From NCBI GenBank assembly GCA_018659375.1, contig JABJMO010000031.1:39233-103232 (forward strand): a stretch of DNA of 64,000 bases, read 5' to 3'. Below the pieces are notes generated by a model. The model saw only the letters and a program-made list of their open reading frames with translations. It searched no databases and was not told the DNA's origin. The DNA comes from Methanobacteriota archaeon (GTDB lineage Archaea > Thermoplasmatota > Poseidoniia > Poseidoniales > Poseidoniaceae). Below, in pieces: positions 27,945 to 37,711 of this stretch (positions within the stretch are counted from its first letter, which is position 1; every line of letters begins with the position of its first letter). The position numbers were made by a program, and so were the translations under genes.

Positions 27945-28364
27945 TTAATCGTCAAAGACTTCTACTTCTACCATTTTCTTAACAAATTCTGTCATCTTAG
28001 AATTGAACCTAGTCGCCCGAACAATGTGGTTGTCTATCCAGTGGTAATTGCCGCCACGTGGTTTGCCGAACAAGCAGGTATGCCACTTGAAACCATGGTT
28101 TCCAAGCCAACGTTCAGTAACTGCGCGGTGTTCTTCCGCCCTCGCGGTAAAAAAGCAAATTTGGTGCCCTTGGTCGTACCATTTGTTTATCTGCTCTACA
28201 ACACCATCATAGCATTCAGCAGTTGCCATACGTTCTGGTTCCTCGTTGGGAATATCTTCGCAAATAGTCCCGTCTATATCGATTAAGAAATTCTTACAAT
28301 CTTCAGGCAATACTGGTGAAATGGCCATGCCGCGCTCATCTGTCTTAGTCAGTAAATCCGTCAC
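27945..28364 (-). CDS. HAD-superfamily phosphatase (small, capless)
   Basis: Motif I LIDIDGTI, then FFTAR and a basic motif-III region. The track start at 28364 is GTG. An alternative ATG lies at 28328. Confidence 0.62.
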   Translation of the reverse strand: MTDLLTKTDERGMAISPVLPEDCKNFLIDIDGTICEDIPNEEPERMATAECYDGVVEQINKWYDQGHQICFFTARAEEHRAVTERWLGNHGFKWHTCLFGKPRGGNYHWIDNHIVRATRFNSKMTEFVKKMVEVEVFDD

Positions 28365-28406
28365 AAATAGCGGTTGTAAGCCAGCCTAATGAACAAATTG
28401 CTGATA

Positions 28407-28532
28407 TCAATCGTGATGATGGACGGTCGTTGCGCCACAAACACGACACCATACCTTGGTACCGTTTTTCTTGGGGGTAACTCCGGTGATGTCAATTTTT
28501 ACCCCGCAAACGCAGTTTACTACTGTGCCCAT
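28407..28532 (-). CDS. Small zinc-ribbon protein (41 aa), candidate
   Basis: Not in the ORF track because it is under 60 aa. My translation is MGTVVNCVCGVKIDITGVTPKKNGTKVWCRVCGATTVHHHD, with a C-x-C...C-x-x-C arrangement. It sits co-directionally between trm5 and the HAD gene in an otherwise empty 208-bp gap. Confidence 0.3.
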   Translation of the reverse strand: MGTVVNCVCGVKIDITGVTPKKNGTKVWCRVCGATTVHHHD

Positions 28533-28572
28533 GGGCTGTCCCAAACATAGGTGATTGATGAAGTGAACGCTT

Positions 28573-29664
28573 CTAAGAGAAGATTTGCCATGATTCTATG
28601 CGAATGAATATTTTACTAGCTGAAAATCCTTTTATTTCTTTACAAGTGAGAGATATTTCTCCAGCACCGTGTTGGATTAGTTTCTTTTCGATTGATTCTC
28701 TGATTACCACTAAGTTTTGCCTTTCAACAATAGCCCAGCCACGAATCAAAGATTTAGTTTCCTTCCGCATCAAAGGGAATAGATCGGCAAGGTGATCTAT
28801 TGTGTCGTGAGGTAAATTAACCAATAGAAAATCAGTAGATTCGGTGAGCTTCTGGTCTCTGCGCCACTCTCTAGCATCCATGCAAAATACGTGATTATCA
28901 AAAGTATAATTCGACTTGCTAACAAACGATGCAACATTATCTGTAAGAAGTTCCACGGCATCCGGATTTAAATCGCCGGCAAAGATTGTCTCAACTAATC
29001 CCTCGGTAGCAATTAAACTAGGTAATGCAGGGCCAACTCCAGCGTATGGGTCAGAAATTGCAATCGGCCGATTCAGTAAATTAGCAAGTTCTTTTGCCGC
29101 AACAACGTTGCCCTCTCGCTCGGTTGATAGCCTAGAGGAAAAGTATGCTTTAGCCGGATCTATAATGATGTTATGACCATTTTCTCTTATTTTTGTTAAC
29201 GTTGAAAAATTATCATCTCTGGCTAATATTGGAGAAATGTCTCGAACGCGGAATTCTCCAATAACTCCATTATCCGCGCATATGATTCTAGCACTTGAAA
29301 TCCTATCTAGCATAGCCCTAGCAACCTCATTTTGATACGGTTTGACTTCATCCTCCAAGCGGACAATCAGTACATCACCAACCATCTCATATGACCGTGG
29401 CCAATATTGTTCGAATTGTTGAAATAAGTCTCGATCTAACAGGTCGCTCCAATGTTTGATTTTGTTAACCTCTCGGGATAATGTGTGGTGGGCAAACCCC
29501 AACCAAATTGGGTTATCTTCTTGAGGTGCATGTTCAGCAAGTGGCAAGCCTTTTTCGCCGCCTTCTACAGTAACAACACCAAGGCCTGAAACCAACCAAT
29601 TATTGGTTTTCAAAACCTCCAACCAATGTTGAGTATCAACACTCGGCACTATCAAATGACGCAT
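28573..29664 (-). CDS. trm5: tRNA (guanine37-N1)-methyltransferase Trm5 / Met-10+ family (Trm5 or Taw2)
   Basis: SAM-MTase motifs DPYAGVGP, GDLNPDAVELLTDN, DAREW and LVNLPH. The track start at 29682 is TTG, so I used the ATG at 29664. Confidence 0.65.
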   Translation of the reverse strand: MRHLIVPSVDTQHWLEVLKTNNWLVSGLGVVTVEGGEKGLPLAEHAPQEDNPIWLGFAHHTLSREVNKIKHWSDLLDRDLFQQFEQYWPRSYEMVGDVLIVRLEDEVKPYQNEVARAMLDRISSARIICADNGVIGEFRVRDISPILARDDNFSTLTKIRENGHNIIIDPAKAYFSSRLSTEREGNVVAAKELANLLNRPIAISDPYAGVGPALPSLIATEGLVETIFAGDLNPDAVELLTDNVASFVSKSNYTFDNHVFCMDAREWRRDQKLTESTDFLLVNLPHDTIDHLADLFPLMRKETKSLIRGWAIVERQNLVVIRESIEKKLIQHGAGEISLTCKEIKGFSASKIFIRIESWQIFS

Positions 29665-29701
29665 ACGCTTCGCACTGTCCAAGCATCACTGGGGTTTGAG
29701 C

Positions 29702-30580
29702 ATGGCGGATATCGAAGATAACGACCAGAAAACAGGTTTGCTCTTGATTGGTATTGGCCCAGGTGATGTCGCATTGGCCACCAGTGAAGCGATTGTAGCG
29801 GCAAAGATGGCAAATTATCGGCGCTATGAAGCCTACACTGCATTATGGCCTGAAGACCAATTGGCAAGTCTAGAAGAATCAGTTGGGCAAATTACCCGAG
29901 TAATGCGACCCGAAGTTGAAAATCCAGAAGAGTTGTTTGCTTTAGCACGAGATAACCTAGTTGCTTTGTTGATTGTTGGCGATCCATTACAAGCCACAAC
30001 TCACATCGACTTACAGCTACAGGCCGAAGAAGCTGGAATTTATTGTCGAGTAATACATGGAATATCGATTACTGGGCTAGTTACCGGAGCAATCGGTTTA
30101 TCAAATTACAAGTTTGGCCGGCAAACTACCTTGACATATCCTTATTCTGGCTGGATTGCCACCTCCCCACTTGAGGTCATTGCACTCAATAGTGCACTAG
30201 GGCATCATACTCTTGCGTTACTTGATTTAGACCCAACCGGCGCTGGAACAGGACAGCAAAAACCGATGATGCCAGGTGATGCTGTCGACTCAATCAAAGC
30301 GATGATTGATAAAGTAAACAATACAATAGATGAATTTCCGATAGAGTCTCCACAAGACACCATAAAATTACAATCGTTGAAACTTATGACTAGCGCTTCT
30401 CTAGCTGAGATTAAAGTCGTGCTGTGTAGCGATATGGGGACCAAACAGCAAAGCATCATATACACTAATTTAGCAGATTTAGCCAACGTTAAAGGTGGCG
30501 CGATGAATTGTTTAGTTTTCCCAGCAACTACGAGTGATGTTGAAGAGAAGGCCTTGCTTCGATGGGTACAGGAGAGGTGA
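29702..30580 (+). CDS. dph5: Diphthine synthase
   Basis: LLLIGIGPGD..EAYT.., LIVGDPLQATTH and tetrapyrrole-methylase-like fold motifs. ATG at 29702; the track start at 29696 is TTG. Confidence 0.87.
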   Translation: MADIEDNDQKTGLLLIGIGPGDVALATSEAIVAAKMANYRRYEAYTALWPEDQLASLEESVGQITRVMRPEVENPEELFALARDNLVALLIVGDPLQATTHIDLQLQAEEAGIYCRVIHGISITGLVTGAIGLSNYKFGRQTTLTYPYSGWIATSPLEVIALNSALGHHTLALLDLDPTGAGTGQQKPMMPGDAVDSIKAMIDKVNNTIDEFPIESPQDTIKLQSLKLMTSASLAEIKVVLCSDMGTKQQSIIYTNLADLANVKGGAMNCLVFPATTSDVEEKALLRWVQER

Positions 30581-30584
30581 AAAT

Positions 30585-32663
30585 ATGTCGGATGAAATAT
30601 TGATTTTGTTGTCTTTTTTACTCTTCATGGGCATCTTTGCTGGTGTTGGACTAGCCTCCATGCGAGTAAAAGAAGATACTACTGACGATTATTTAGTTGC
30701 TGGAAGGGGAATGCACCCTGCACTTGCTGCACTCTCAGCTGTTAGTACTTGGAATTCAGGCTACATGTTTATCGGATTTATCGGGTTTATTTTCTTAAAC
30801 GGTTATTCTGCACTATGGATTGCCGTTGTTTCGACAATTGGCCAATTAGTTGCTTGGATTTGGCTATACAAATACATTCAAAAAGAAGGAAAAGAACGAA
30901 ATTTGCGCTCTTTATCGTCTCTTGTTTCTAACAAAACCGGCGCCCCTGAAGCAAAAATCGCCGCTATACTCTCTGTATTTTTCTTATCGATATATGCTGC
31001 TGCACAACTAACTGCTGGTGGGGTGGCACTAAAATCAATGCTTGGATGGTCAGAAATTACTGGAATTCTAATCGGATTTGTTCTGGTAGTTGCGTATTGT
31101 TATGCTGGCGGAATTCGTGCTTCTATTTGGACTGACGCTGCGCAATCTTGTGTCATGATTGTCGGCTCAACCATTCTTTGTTTGGTCGCGCTGGGCAAAG
31201 TAGGGGGATTGTCTGGACTGCACAGTGCCTTGGTTGATATCGATCCAAACATGGTTAACGTATTTCCTTCTGGGCTAAAGTTCGGTGTAACACTTTGGAT
31301 AGCCGCGTTCTTCTTGGGCGGCTTAGGGGTTGCTGGCCAGCCACAAGTAGTATCTAGAATTATGACTCTCAACAGCGATGAAGACCGTAAACAAGCCATG
31401 GTTTGGTTCTTTGTTTGGCAAACTCCATTCATTGTTTTGATGTTCTTAATTGGTCTTGCCTGTCGAGCAATATTCCCTGAGATGCTACCTGCAGATGCCG
31501 AAACTGGCCTGCCAAGGCTTGCTCAAAGCCTTAATCCGATTCTTGGCGGAGTTATTCTAGCGTCTATCTTTGCCGCAACAATGTCGACTGCCGACAGCCA
31601 GGTATTGGCCTGTACCGCAGCAATCACTGATGATGTTAAACCAGAATGGAATCAAGATCATGGCAAAACCAAAAAAGTAACTTTAGCAGTCGCAGCCTTC
31701 GCTACTAGTATCTCACTAGTTGGCCAACAATTCCCCGGATTTGGTGATTCTGTATTCGCCTTGGTTGTCTTTGCAGTATACGGTTTAGGCGGCATATTTG
31801 TCCCGTTGGTGTTGATTAGGATGATTGGTTATGAGCCAGATTCAAAACACACTATTTCGATGATGATTGCCGCACTTCTTGGAGTGTTGATTTGGACTGT
31901 TTTAGGTTACGGCGAATACATTTTCCCTTCCGTACCGGGAATGGGTGCAGCATTTGCTGTTCACCTTGGCTTTTGCTGGAAGCGAGATCTTTCTGAGGCA
32001 AATCCGTTTGGCAGATACAGTGTGCCAACTAGAAAAATATCGGCGATTGGGGCGGTTATTTTACTGGCGTTTGTTGGGGGGATGGAAGGCACATACCAGG
32101 TATTTGCCCCAAACTCATCAAGCATGTCGGATAAAGTTGGTTCTTACTCAGTAAGTGGGACCTATTCCTTCCATGAAATTATAGATGGTTCAGAATTCAT
32201 TGAAGATGGGGAATCTATACCAATAGAGGCGAATTCAGAAGATTCTATGGATTCTCTAGATGGCCTCAATATTATAGGAGTATTAATCACAATTGCTCAC
32301 CAAGACGATGAAACTGTTACAGGGCTGGGGTGTTTAGTCGCTGACCCGCCGCAAGATGATACTGTTGATGCGTCCATTGGATATTCGGGTCTTTCTGCTT
32401 CTGACTCAAGTACTGGAGGATTTGCTTTCCAGTTAGATTGGCATAATTCTACCTTGATTGATACAACCGTTAGTAACATGACTAAATCAGAAATTGACAT
32501 GATGCTAAATGGTGGCGGATTAGGGTTAGGTGGGTATGAGTTAATTCTTGGCGTAACCGTACAAAATGGTGGTGGCGCTGGATGTTCAAGTGATGACACT
32601 GGTCAAGATGTAAATTACAAAATTGAGCTCGTGTCACTAGAGTACACAATAACGGCTGTATGA
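30585..32663 (+). CDS. Sodium:solute symporter family (PutP/PanF-like) transporter with long C-terminal extracytoplasmic extension
   Basis: SSF core with about 13 hydrophobic helices (..YLVAGRGMHPALAALSAVSTWNSGYMFIG.., GGIRASIWTDAAQ). The ATG at 30585 is preceded by GAGGTGA. An additional non-membrane tail of about 190 aa follows. Confidence 0.8.
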   Translation: MSDEILILLSFLLFMGIFAGVGLASMRVKEDTTDDYLVAGRGMHPALAALSAVSTWNSGYMFIGFIGFIFLNGYSALWIAVVSTIGQLVAWIWLYKYIQKEGKERNLRSLSSLVSNKTGAPEAKIAAILSVFFLSIYAAAQLTAGGVALKSMLGWSEITGILIGFVLVVAYCYAGGIRASIWTDAAQSCVMIVGSTILCLVALGKVGGLSGLHSALVDIDPNMVNVFPSGLKFGVTLWIAAFFLGGLGVAGQPQVVSRIMTLNSDEDRKQAMVWFFVWQTPFIVLMFLIGLACRAIFPEMLPADAETGLPRLAQSLNPILGGVILASIFAATMSTADSQVLACTAAITDDVKPEWNQDHGKTKKVTLAVAAFATSISLVGQQFPGFGDSVFALVVFAVYGLGGIFVPLVLIRMIGYEPDSKHTISMMIAALLGVLIWTVLGYGEYIFPSVPGMGAAFAVHLGFCWKRDLSEANPFGRYSVPTRKISAIGAVILLAFVGGMEGTYQVFAPNSSSMSDKVGSYSVSGTYSFHEIIDGSEFIEDGESIPIEANSEDSMDSLDGLNIIGVLITIAHQDDETVTGLGCLVADPPQDDTVDASIGYSGLSASDSSTGGFAFQLDWHNSTLIDTTVSNMTKSEIDMMLNGGGLGLGGYELILGVTVQNGGGAGCSSDDTGQDVNYKIELVSLEYTITAV

Positions 32664-32675
32664 TTGGAATTCGTT

Positions 32676-33554
32676 TTAAAGTTCGAATTTCATCCCTTGT
32701 TTACCTATTTTCCAACCCATTTCAACGACTTGGGTGTATTCTTCGCCCCACTGATCGTAAACTGGATTGGTATGATTTAGATGAATGAAAATAACCTCCG
32801 GGTCGCCTTGACGCTTGAAACCGAGCATGTCAAGGGTCTGAGTAATTGGCGGATGAGGTACTTTGTCCTGATTGCGGCCCGCTAATTCATCAGCAGACCA
32901 AAATGTACCATCAATCAGAGCAATGTCAATGTTTAGTTGGCCAAACCATTCTCTAAGGTCATTGCACTGATGTAACTCGAGGGTTTCTTGCCAAGTATCG
33001 TGATCTGGAAGATATAGTAGAGTTTTATTTGGTCCTTTGATTACAAAAGCATGCATATCAGAGAGTTCAGCTCGGTGCGGGACAAGTATTGGGGTAATGG
33101 AAAAACCCTCTTGCCTTAATGCTGTTTTACTAACTATCTCTTTGAGTGAAAATACTCCTTGATCTAACATTAATTTCCACTGAGGGGTATCGCTTAGCAG
33201 TGTATGCATCGATTTTGAAGTATGTAATTTCAAACCTTTTGCGTTGATTGTTTCTCTGCCGAACTGCCCCAAACCATCAACATGGCCAAAGTGTGCGTGG
33301 GTTAACCAGACATGGGTCGGTAATTTACCATCCATAAACTGTAATTGGCTTGCCAAATTTCTTGTGACGTCGATGAGGTGAACTTCACTTGGCGATATTA
33401 CTCCTAAGGAAGTTGGATAACTTGTTTGGTCTGCTGATAACCCGATACAGCATGACTTATTGCAACCTGCTTGAGGTCTGCCGCCATCTTGAGCAATGCC
33501 CAGTAATATTGCCTCGACCATGTGTGAGCGAAAACTTTCACCAAAATGAATCAT
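32676..33554 (-). CDS. Metallo-beta-lactamase fold hydrolase, PqqB-like
   Basis: LLGIAQDGGRPQAGCNKSCC (PqqB-like N-terminus) and THAHFGHVDGL (HxHxDH-type variant). Confidence 0.62.
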   Translation of the reverse strand: MIHFGESFRSHMVEAILLGIAQDGGRPQAGCNKSCCIGLSADQTSYPTSLGVISPSEVHLIDVTRNLASQLQFMDGKLPTHVWLTHAHFGHVDGLGQFGRETINAKGLKLHTSKSMHTLLSDTPQWKLMLDQGVFSLKEIVSKTALRQEGFSITPILVPHRAELSDMHAFVIKGPNKTLLYLPDHDTWQETLELHQCNDLREWFGQLNIDIALIDGTFWSADELAGRNQDKVPHPPITQTLDMLGFKRQGDPEVIFIHLNHTNPVYDQWGEEYTQVVEMGWKIGKQGMKFEL

Positions 33555-33633
33555 GCCGTTAGAACAAATACTGTTGCTGTGGTAAACGAAGAACTCAAAC
33601 CATACCTGCTATTGGAACAGATAAGGGGAGTAC

Positions 33634-35382
33634 ATGGCTAAACCAGCACAAGTTGAATTCCCTGGACAAAAACGGCAAAGGGTGCGTCTTAGGGGGACAA
33701 AGCACGCCAATGAAGCCACAGCAAAGAAGTTGAAGAAGGACTTGGGCCGGCTACTTGACAACCCATATTCGCATCTGCCAGAGATGTTGTGGAAGGGTAA
33801 AATGCGTTGGGGTAGGACTGACCCTGTTACAAAAACCTTGAAAGAATTAGATAAAATCATTAAGAAAAAATATGACACTAAATGGCTATCAAAGCGAATG
33901 ATGGCTAAACGAGGCGATCCTGTAGCAAAGGCATTTGCTGGGTCTATGCACGCTTGTCATGATGAAGATTTTACCACGGTTGGGAAATTCTCTTCAGCGT
34001 CTTTTGGCTCAGCATCGTTTGTTCGAAGAGGCGATGGAAAGCAAGGCTATCTTGCTGGCCTGCAGAACTATTCCAATGTCACTTTGAGAATGTTGCCATG
34101 GGAAGAGCACGCTAAGCGTGGAATGTACTTCTTTTCGTGGAAAGGTGGGTTTGTATGCACTGGACCTGACCCCTCGCCACCAGAAGAATGGATTGAAGAT
34201 GTAATGTCAAGATCTCGTTTCAAATTCAAAAATGCTGAACATGAAGGTGCAAAAATATGGCTTACTGATGATGTTGAATTAGATTCTGTACTATCTAATG
34301 AAGTGGATGACGGTTATATCAGATTCACGTTCAAAAACGGTTCAATGGTAGTAATCGGTTTTGAATCACTGAAAGTTGGGGATAAGAAAGATACCTCGTT
34401 TATTCAGCACCTTGCACTGTCAATGCTACCACCGTTCTTGCCTTCAATTGTTGATATCGATGCATCTTGGAAACCTTCTGGGTGGCCTATTGGTACTGAT
34501 TTACCAAGTGAAGTGGGTGAAGGAGTGGACAAAATACTAGATGCTTGGCAAGGTCTAGTAATGAATGAAGGATTGGTTGCTCAGGCCATCAAACGCTCGG
34601 TCATCGACTCTATTGAAAGTGGGCTAATTGTTAACTCTAATTGGATTTCTGGCGAGGATTTTGATGAGGTTAGAGAGGCACTGAATGATGTTGCTGGATC
34701 AAAAGACGAACAAGACCTTGCAGCCCATATTTTGATGGTTTGCTATGAAAGTGATTTTGAAGATGGCATCGGCATGAGGATTAACACAAGGGGTGAAACT
34801 TCTGAACGCAAAACCCCAACATTGGAAATTCTTGACGGGGCAAGTTGCGGCGATGTACTTGGAGTGCTATGGGAAGATTACGGTCTTGCAGCTCTTGGGA
34901 AAATTGGTATTGATGGTGATGAAGCAGAAGATATTTGGGATAAACAGAATACCAAACCAAAACCATTTGGAAAATTCCTCAAGAGTCTAGATTCGGCCCG
35001 AGAGGGTGCTAAATTGTCTGCCCGGATACCGACAAAATCTGGCGAGTTGGGTGGTTCAAGTGGATATATCGTCGATCTTATCCGCATCGGCCTACTAGAA
35101 GGATTTGGTAAAGCAGAGCGTGTAGCAACATCTAGACATTCGTCTATCGACGTTGCAGCTGCTGCATGGGCTTGGTTATTGGCCGCAGATAGGTCATCTG
35201 GACAGGAGTGGCATTTTGATTCCGATGCTCGTAATAAAGCTGGTGCGTGGATGCAATCAACAAAGAAACTACTCGAATGCGGGGCTTTATTGTTGAAATG
35301 TGAGGAAGCAGAATTAGCCGACCTTACCGATGTATGGATTGAAAATCTAACCCTACTGAGAACAGAAACCGGTGAAGCTTGA
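33634..35382 (+). CDS. Hypothetical soluble protein (582 aa), basic N-terminus
   Basis: ATG preceded by AAGGGGAG. Long clean ORF with no TM segments and no recognised motif. Confidence 0.62.
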   Translation: MAKPAQVEFPGQKRQRVRLRGTKHANEATAKKLKKDLGRLLDNPYSHLPEMLWKGKMRWGRTDPVTKTLKELDKIIKKKYDTKWLSKRMMAKRGDPVAKAFAGSMHACHDEDFTTVGKFSSASFGSASFVRRGDGKQGYLAGLQNYSNVTLRMLPWEEHAKRGMYFFSWKGGFVCTGPDPSPPEEWIEDVMSRSRFKFKNAEHEGAKIWLTDDVELDSVLSNEVDDGYIRFTFKNGSMVVIGFESLKVGDKKDTSFIQHLALSMLPPFLPSIVDIDASWKPSGWPIGTDLPSEVGEGVDKILDAWQGLVMNEGLVAQAIKRSVIDSIESGLIVNSNWISGEDFDEVREALNDVAGSKDEQDLAAHILMVCYESDFEDGIGMRINTRGETSERKTPTLEILDGASCGDVLGVLWEDYGLAALGKIGIDGDEAEDIWDKQNTKPKPFGKFLKSLDSAREGAKLSARIPTKSGELGGSSGYIVDLIRIGLLEGFGKAERVATSRHSSIDVAAAAWAWLLAADRSSGQEWHFDSDARNKAGAWMQSTKKLLECGALLLKCEEAELADLTDVWIENLTLLRTETGEA

Positions 35383-35384
35383 GA

Positions 35385-36587
35385 TCAGACGTTTGCAAAA
35401 CCACGCTCGATATCTGCCCAAAGATCTTCGATATCTTCAATTCCGATACTCATTCTTACATAACCAGGAACTAATCCTGCTGCATAACGTACATCTTCTG
35501 GAATCATCATGTGGCTAGAATTAAATGGACATTCAACAAGTGACTCTACTCCTCCAAGACTAGTTGCTTCGTAGATCATTTTGAGTCCACGCATGAAAGC
35601 CAATGCTGCATCATCGCCGCCTTTTACTACAAAACCAATCATTCCAGTGCCCTTTGGCATGATTCTTTGTGCAACTTCATATTGTGGATGAGACTCTAAA
35701 GTCGGATGGTTTACTCTCTCAATCATTGAATGGCTTTCCAAGCGCTTGGCTAATTCTGCAGCATTATCACATATTTTTGGCATTCTAACATGTAGTGTTC
35801 TCATCCCACGCTCCAACAAAAAACACGAATTTGGATCTGCACTACCGCCAAAATGCACCTTCCGGTGGAAAATATTCTCTATGTGTTCACGAGAACCAAC
35901 TACTGCGCCACCAATAATATCTGAGTGTCCACCTAGATACTTAGTAGTCGAATGTATTACTAAGTCTGCGCCAAGCGATAATGGTTGACAACCCCAAGGA
36001 GATGTGAAAGTGTTATCGATTATGCAAATTAGGCCGTGTTTCTTGGCTAATGTAGCCATTGCTTCAACATCACAAACCTTCAACACCGGATTAGTTAATG
36101 TTTCAATATACAGTACCTTGGTATTGGTTTGGATTGCTGCCTCATATGAACTAGCATCAGTCATGTCTGCCATGGTTACTTCAATGCCAAACCGAGGAAA
36201 TTCTTCAGTCAATAATCCGTACGTCCCGCCATATACATCAGTTGATGCAACTACGTGGTCACCCGATGATAACAGCGCCATTAGAGTGGAAGATATTGCT
36301 GCCATACCAGAAGAGAAAACCTCGCCATCTTCAGCGCCTTCTAGGGAACATATCTTTTTGATGACTGCTTCGGCATTAACTGAGGTTATTCTGGTGTAAA
36401 GTAAAGCGTGATGCGCCCCAGCAGCCCATCCTGCGTATCTCTCATCAGTTAATTTGTAAGTTGAAGATTGGAAAATCGGGGTGTTGACTGCATCGCCAAC
36501 GTGATTGGTTCCTGAATGTACTGCCTTACTGCCAAATCCGGTTAATTTTGGTTGTGAATCTTCTGACAATTTGTTGTCCTCAGCCAT
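35385..36587 (-). CDS. Cys/Met-metabolism PLP-dependent enzyme (cystathionine gamma-synthase/lyase or methionine gamma-lyase type)
   Basis: PLP-lysine motif HSTTKYLGGHSD, DNTFTSP, and typical length of about 400 aa. Confidence 0.85.
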   Translation of the reverse strand: MAEDNKLSEDSQPKLTGFGSKAVHSGTNHVGDAVNTPIFQSSTYKLTDERYAGWAAGAHHALLYTRITSVNAEAVIKKICSLEGAEDGEVFSSGMAAISSTLMALLSSGDHVVASTDVYGGTYGLLTEEFPRFGIEVTMADMTDASSYEAAIQTNTKVLYIETLTNPVLKVCDVEAMATLAKKHGLICIIDNTFTSPWGCQPLSLGADLVIHSTTKYLGGHSDIIGGAVVGSREHIENIFHRKVHFGGSADPNSCFLLERGMRTLHVRMPKICDNAAELAKRLESHSMIERVNHPTLESHPQYEVAQRIMPKGTGMIGFVVKGGDDAALAFMRGLKMIYEATSLGGVESLVECPFNSSHMMIPEDVRYAAGLVPGYVRMSIGIEDIEDLWADIERGFANV

Positions 36588-36628
36588 TCCAATACTAGGT
36601 AGACTTTGAACGATGCGATAGAGAAATC

Positions 36629-37609
36629 CTACTCTTCTGAGGTTTTTTCCTCGCCAGAAAAGAACTCAACAATGATGTTGCCAATGAATAGCGAACCGCC
36701 GCCAACTAGTATCCATATACTCCAATCTACCATGTCAATGCCAAGACCGTAGATTGTCGCCCAGACTGGCTCTAAAGCGTAGATTATCGCTGCTTGTATC
36801 GGGTGTAAGTAGCGTTGATAGAGGTTTAAGAATAACAGACAAAAGAACGACCCTCCTACTCCCAGCAGCAGTACTGGAATAATTACCCCGTCGGAAAATA
36901 TTAGATTCCACTGTTCGCTATTAGTTCCATCACCAAGCAAAAATACAGTGATAGCAGAGCAAAGTGATACAATAATAAATGACGTTGTAGATACACCAAT
37001 TGGGTCTCTTCTAGAAGTAATATGTTGAGTAAATAGAATATGAAGAGCAAAGATAAGGGCGCAAAATACGGTGATAAATTCAGCCATCCCCCATGTAAGA
37101 TGCGGGGGGCCTTGGATAAATCCTGCGCCGAAAGTAGCCAATGCTACTCCGATTATCATTATTTTAGTAGGAGATTTTAGGTTGTATACTGAAGAAATTA
37201 AGGCAGTAAAAACCACATAAAGGGATGTTAAAAATGCCGAAACTGAAGGATCTATGTTATCTAAGCCAATCATTTGTGATAGGTAGGCAACAAACATCAG
37301 AACTCCTAAGACAACACCGTCCTGCCAAATTTGCTTATCAAAAAGTGATTGCCTAGCTTTCTTAAAAAATACCAACATCATCAGCGCAGCAATCGCAAAC
37401 CGTGCAAATACTAAGACTGCAACAACTCCGTTAGTGCCGAGAGCGGATTTTTCGGCATCCAGAGAATCCAATGCTTGTTTCATCCAAATAAATGTTGCAC
37501 CCCAAACTAAAGTTACTGCGAGTAAGGCAAAAATAGCAATCTTACGTTGTTCAGGTGTCGCACTCTGTTCTAAGTTGTCCAATACCACTGTGGTTTGGGC
37601 TTCGGACAT
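36629..37609 (-). CDS. EamA/DMT-family transporter
   Basis: Ten hydrophobic helices in a 5+5 arrangement. The track start at 37687 is TTG, so I used the ATG at 37609 (MSEAQTT..). Confidence 0.72.
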   Translation of the reverse strand: MSEAQTTVVLDNLEQSATPEQRKIAIFALLAVTLVWGATFIWMKQALDSLDAEKSALGTNGVVAVLVFARFAIAALMMLVFFKKARQSLFDKQIWQDGVVLGVLMFVAYLSQMIGLDNIDPSVSAFLTSLYVVFTALISSVYNLKSPTKIMIIGVALATFGAGFIQGPPHLTWGMAEFITVFCALIFALHILFTQHITSRRDPIGVSTTSFIIVSLCSAITVFLLGDGTNSEQWNLIFSDGVIIPVLLLGVGGSFFCLLFLNLYQRYLHPIQAAIIYALEPVWATIYGLGIDMVDWSIWILVGGGSLFIGNIIVEFFSGEEKTSEE

Positions 37610-37711
37610 AATATTCCCACCAATTTCGAGTGCATTATAGTGATGGTTAAAACTGTAATTAATTACTATTTGAAAGATAAGCCTCAAAGGGTGCTTACTG
37701 TTCGTGATACT

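Noticed and set aside
28400-28490. C/D-box sRNA in the trm5-HAD gap (GTGATGA at 28413-28419, GGTGATG at 28484-28490)
   Set aside because: There is no correctly placed D box (CTGA) downstream and no terminal stem. The micro-ORF explanation fits better.
32676-33554. PqqB-like MBL hydrolase together with the PQQ-like beta-propeller (14943-16040) as evidence of a PQQ system
   Set aside because: There are no pqqA/C/D/E genes in the window and the two genes are 17 kb apart. PqqB-like MBL proteins and PQQ-like propeller repeats are both common outside PQQ metabolism.
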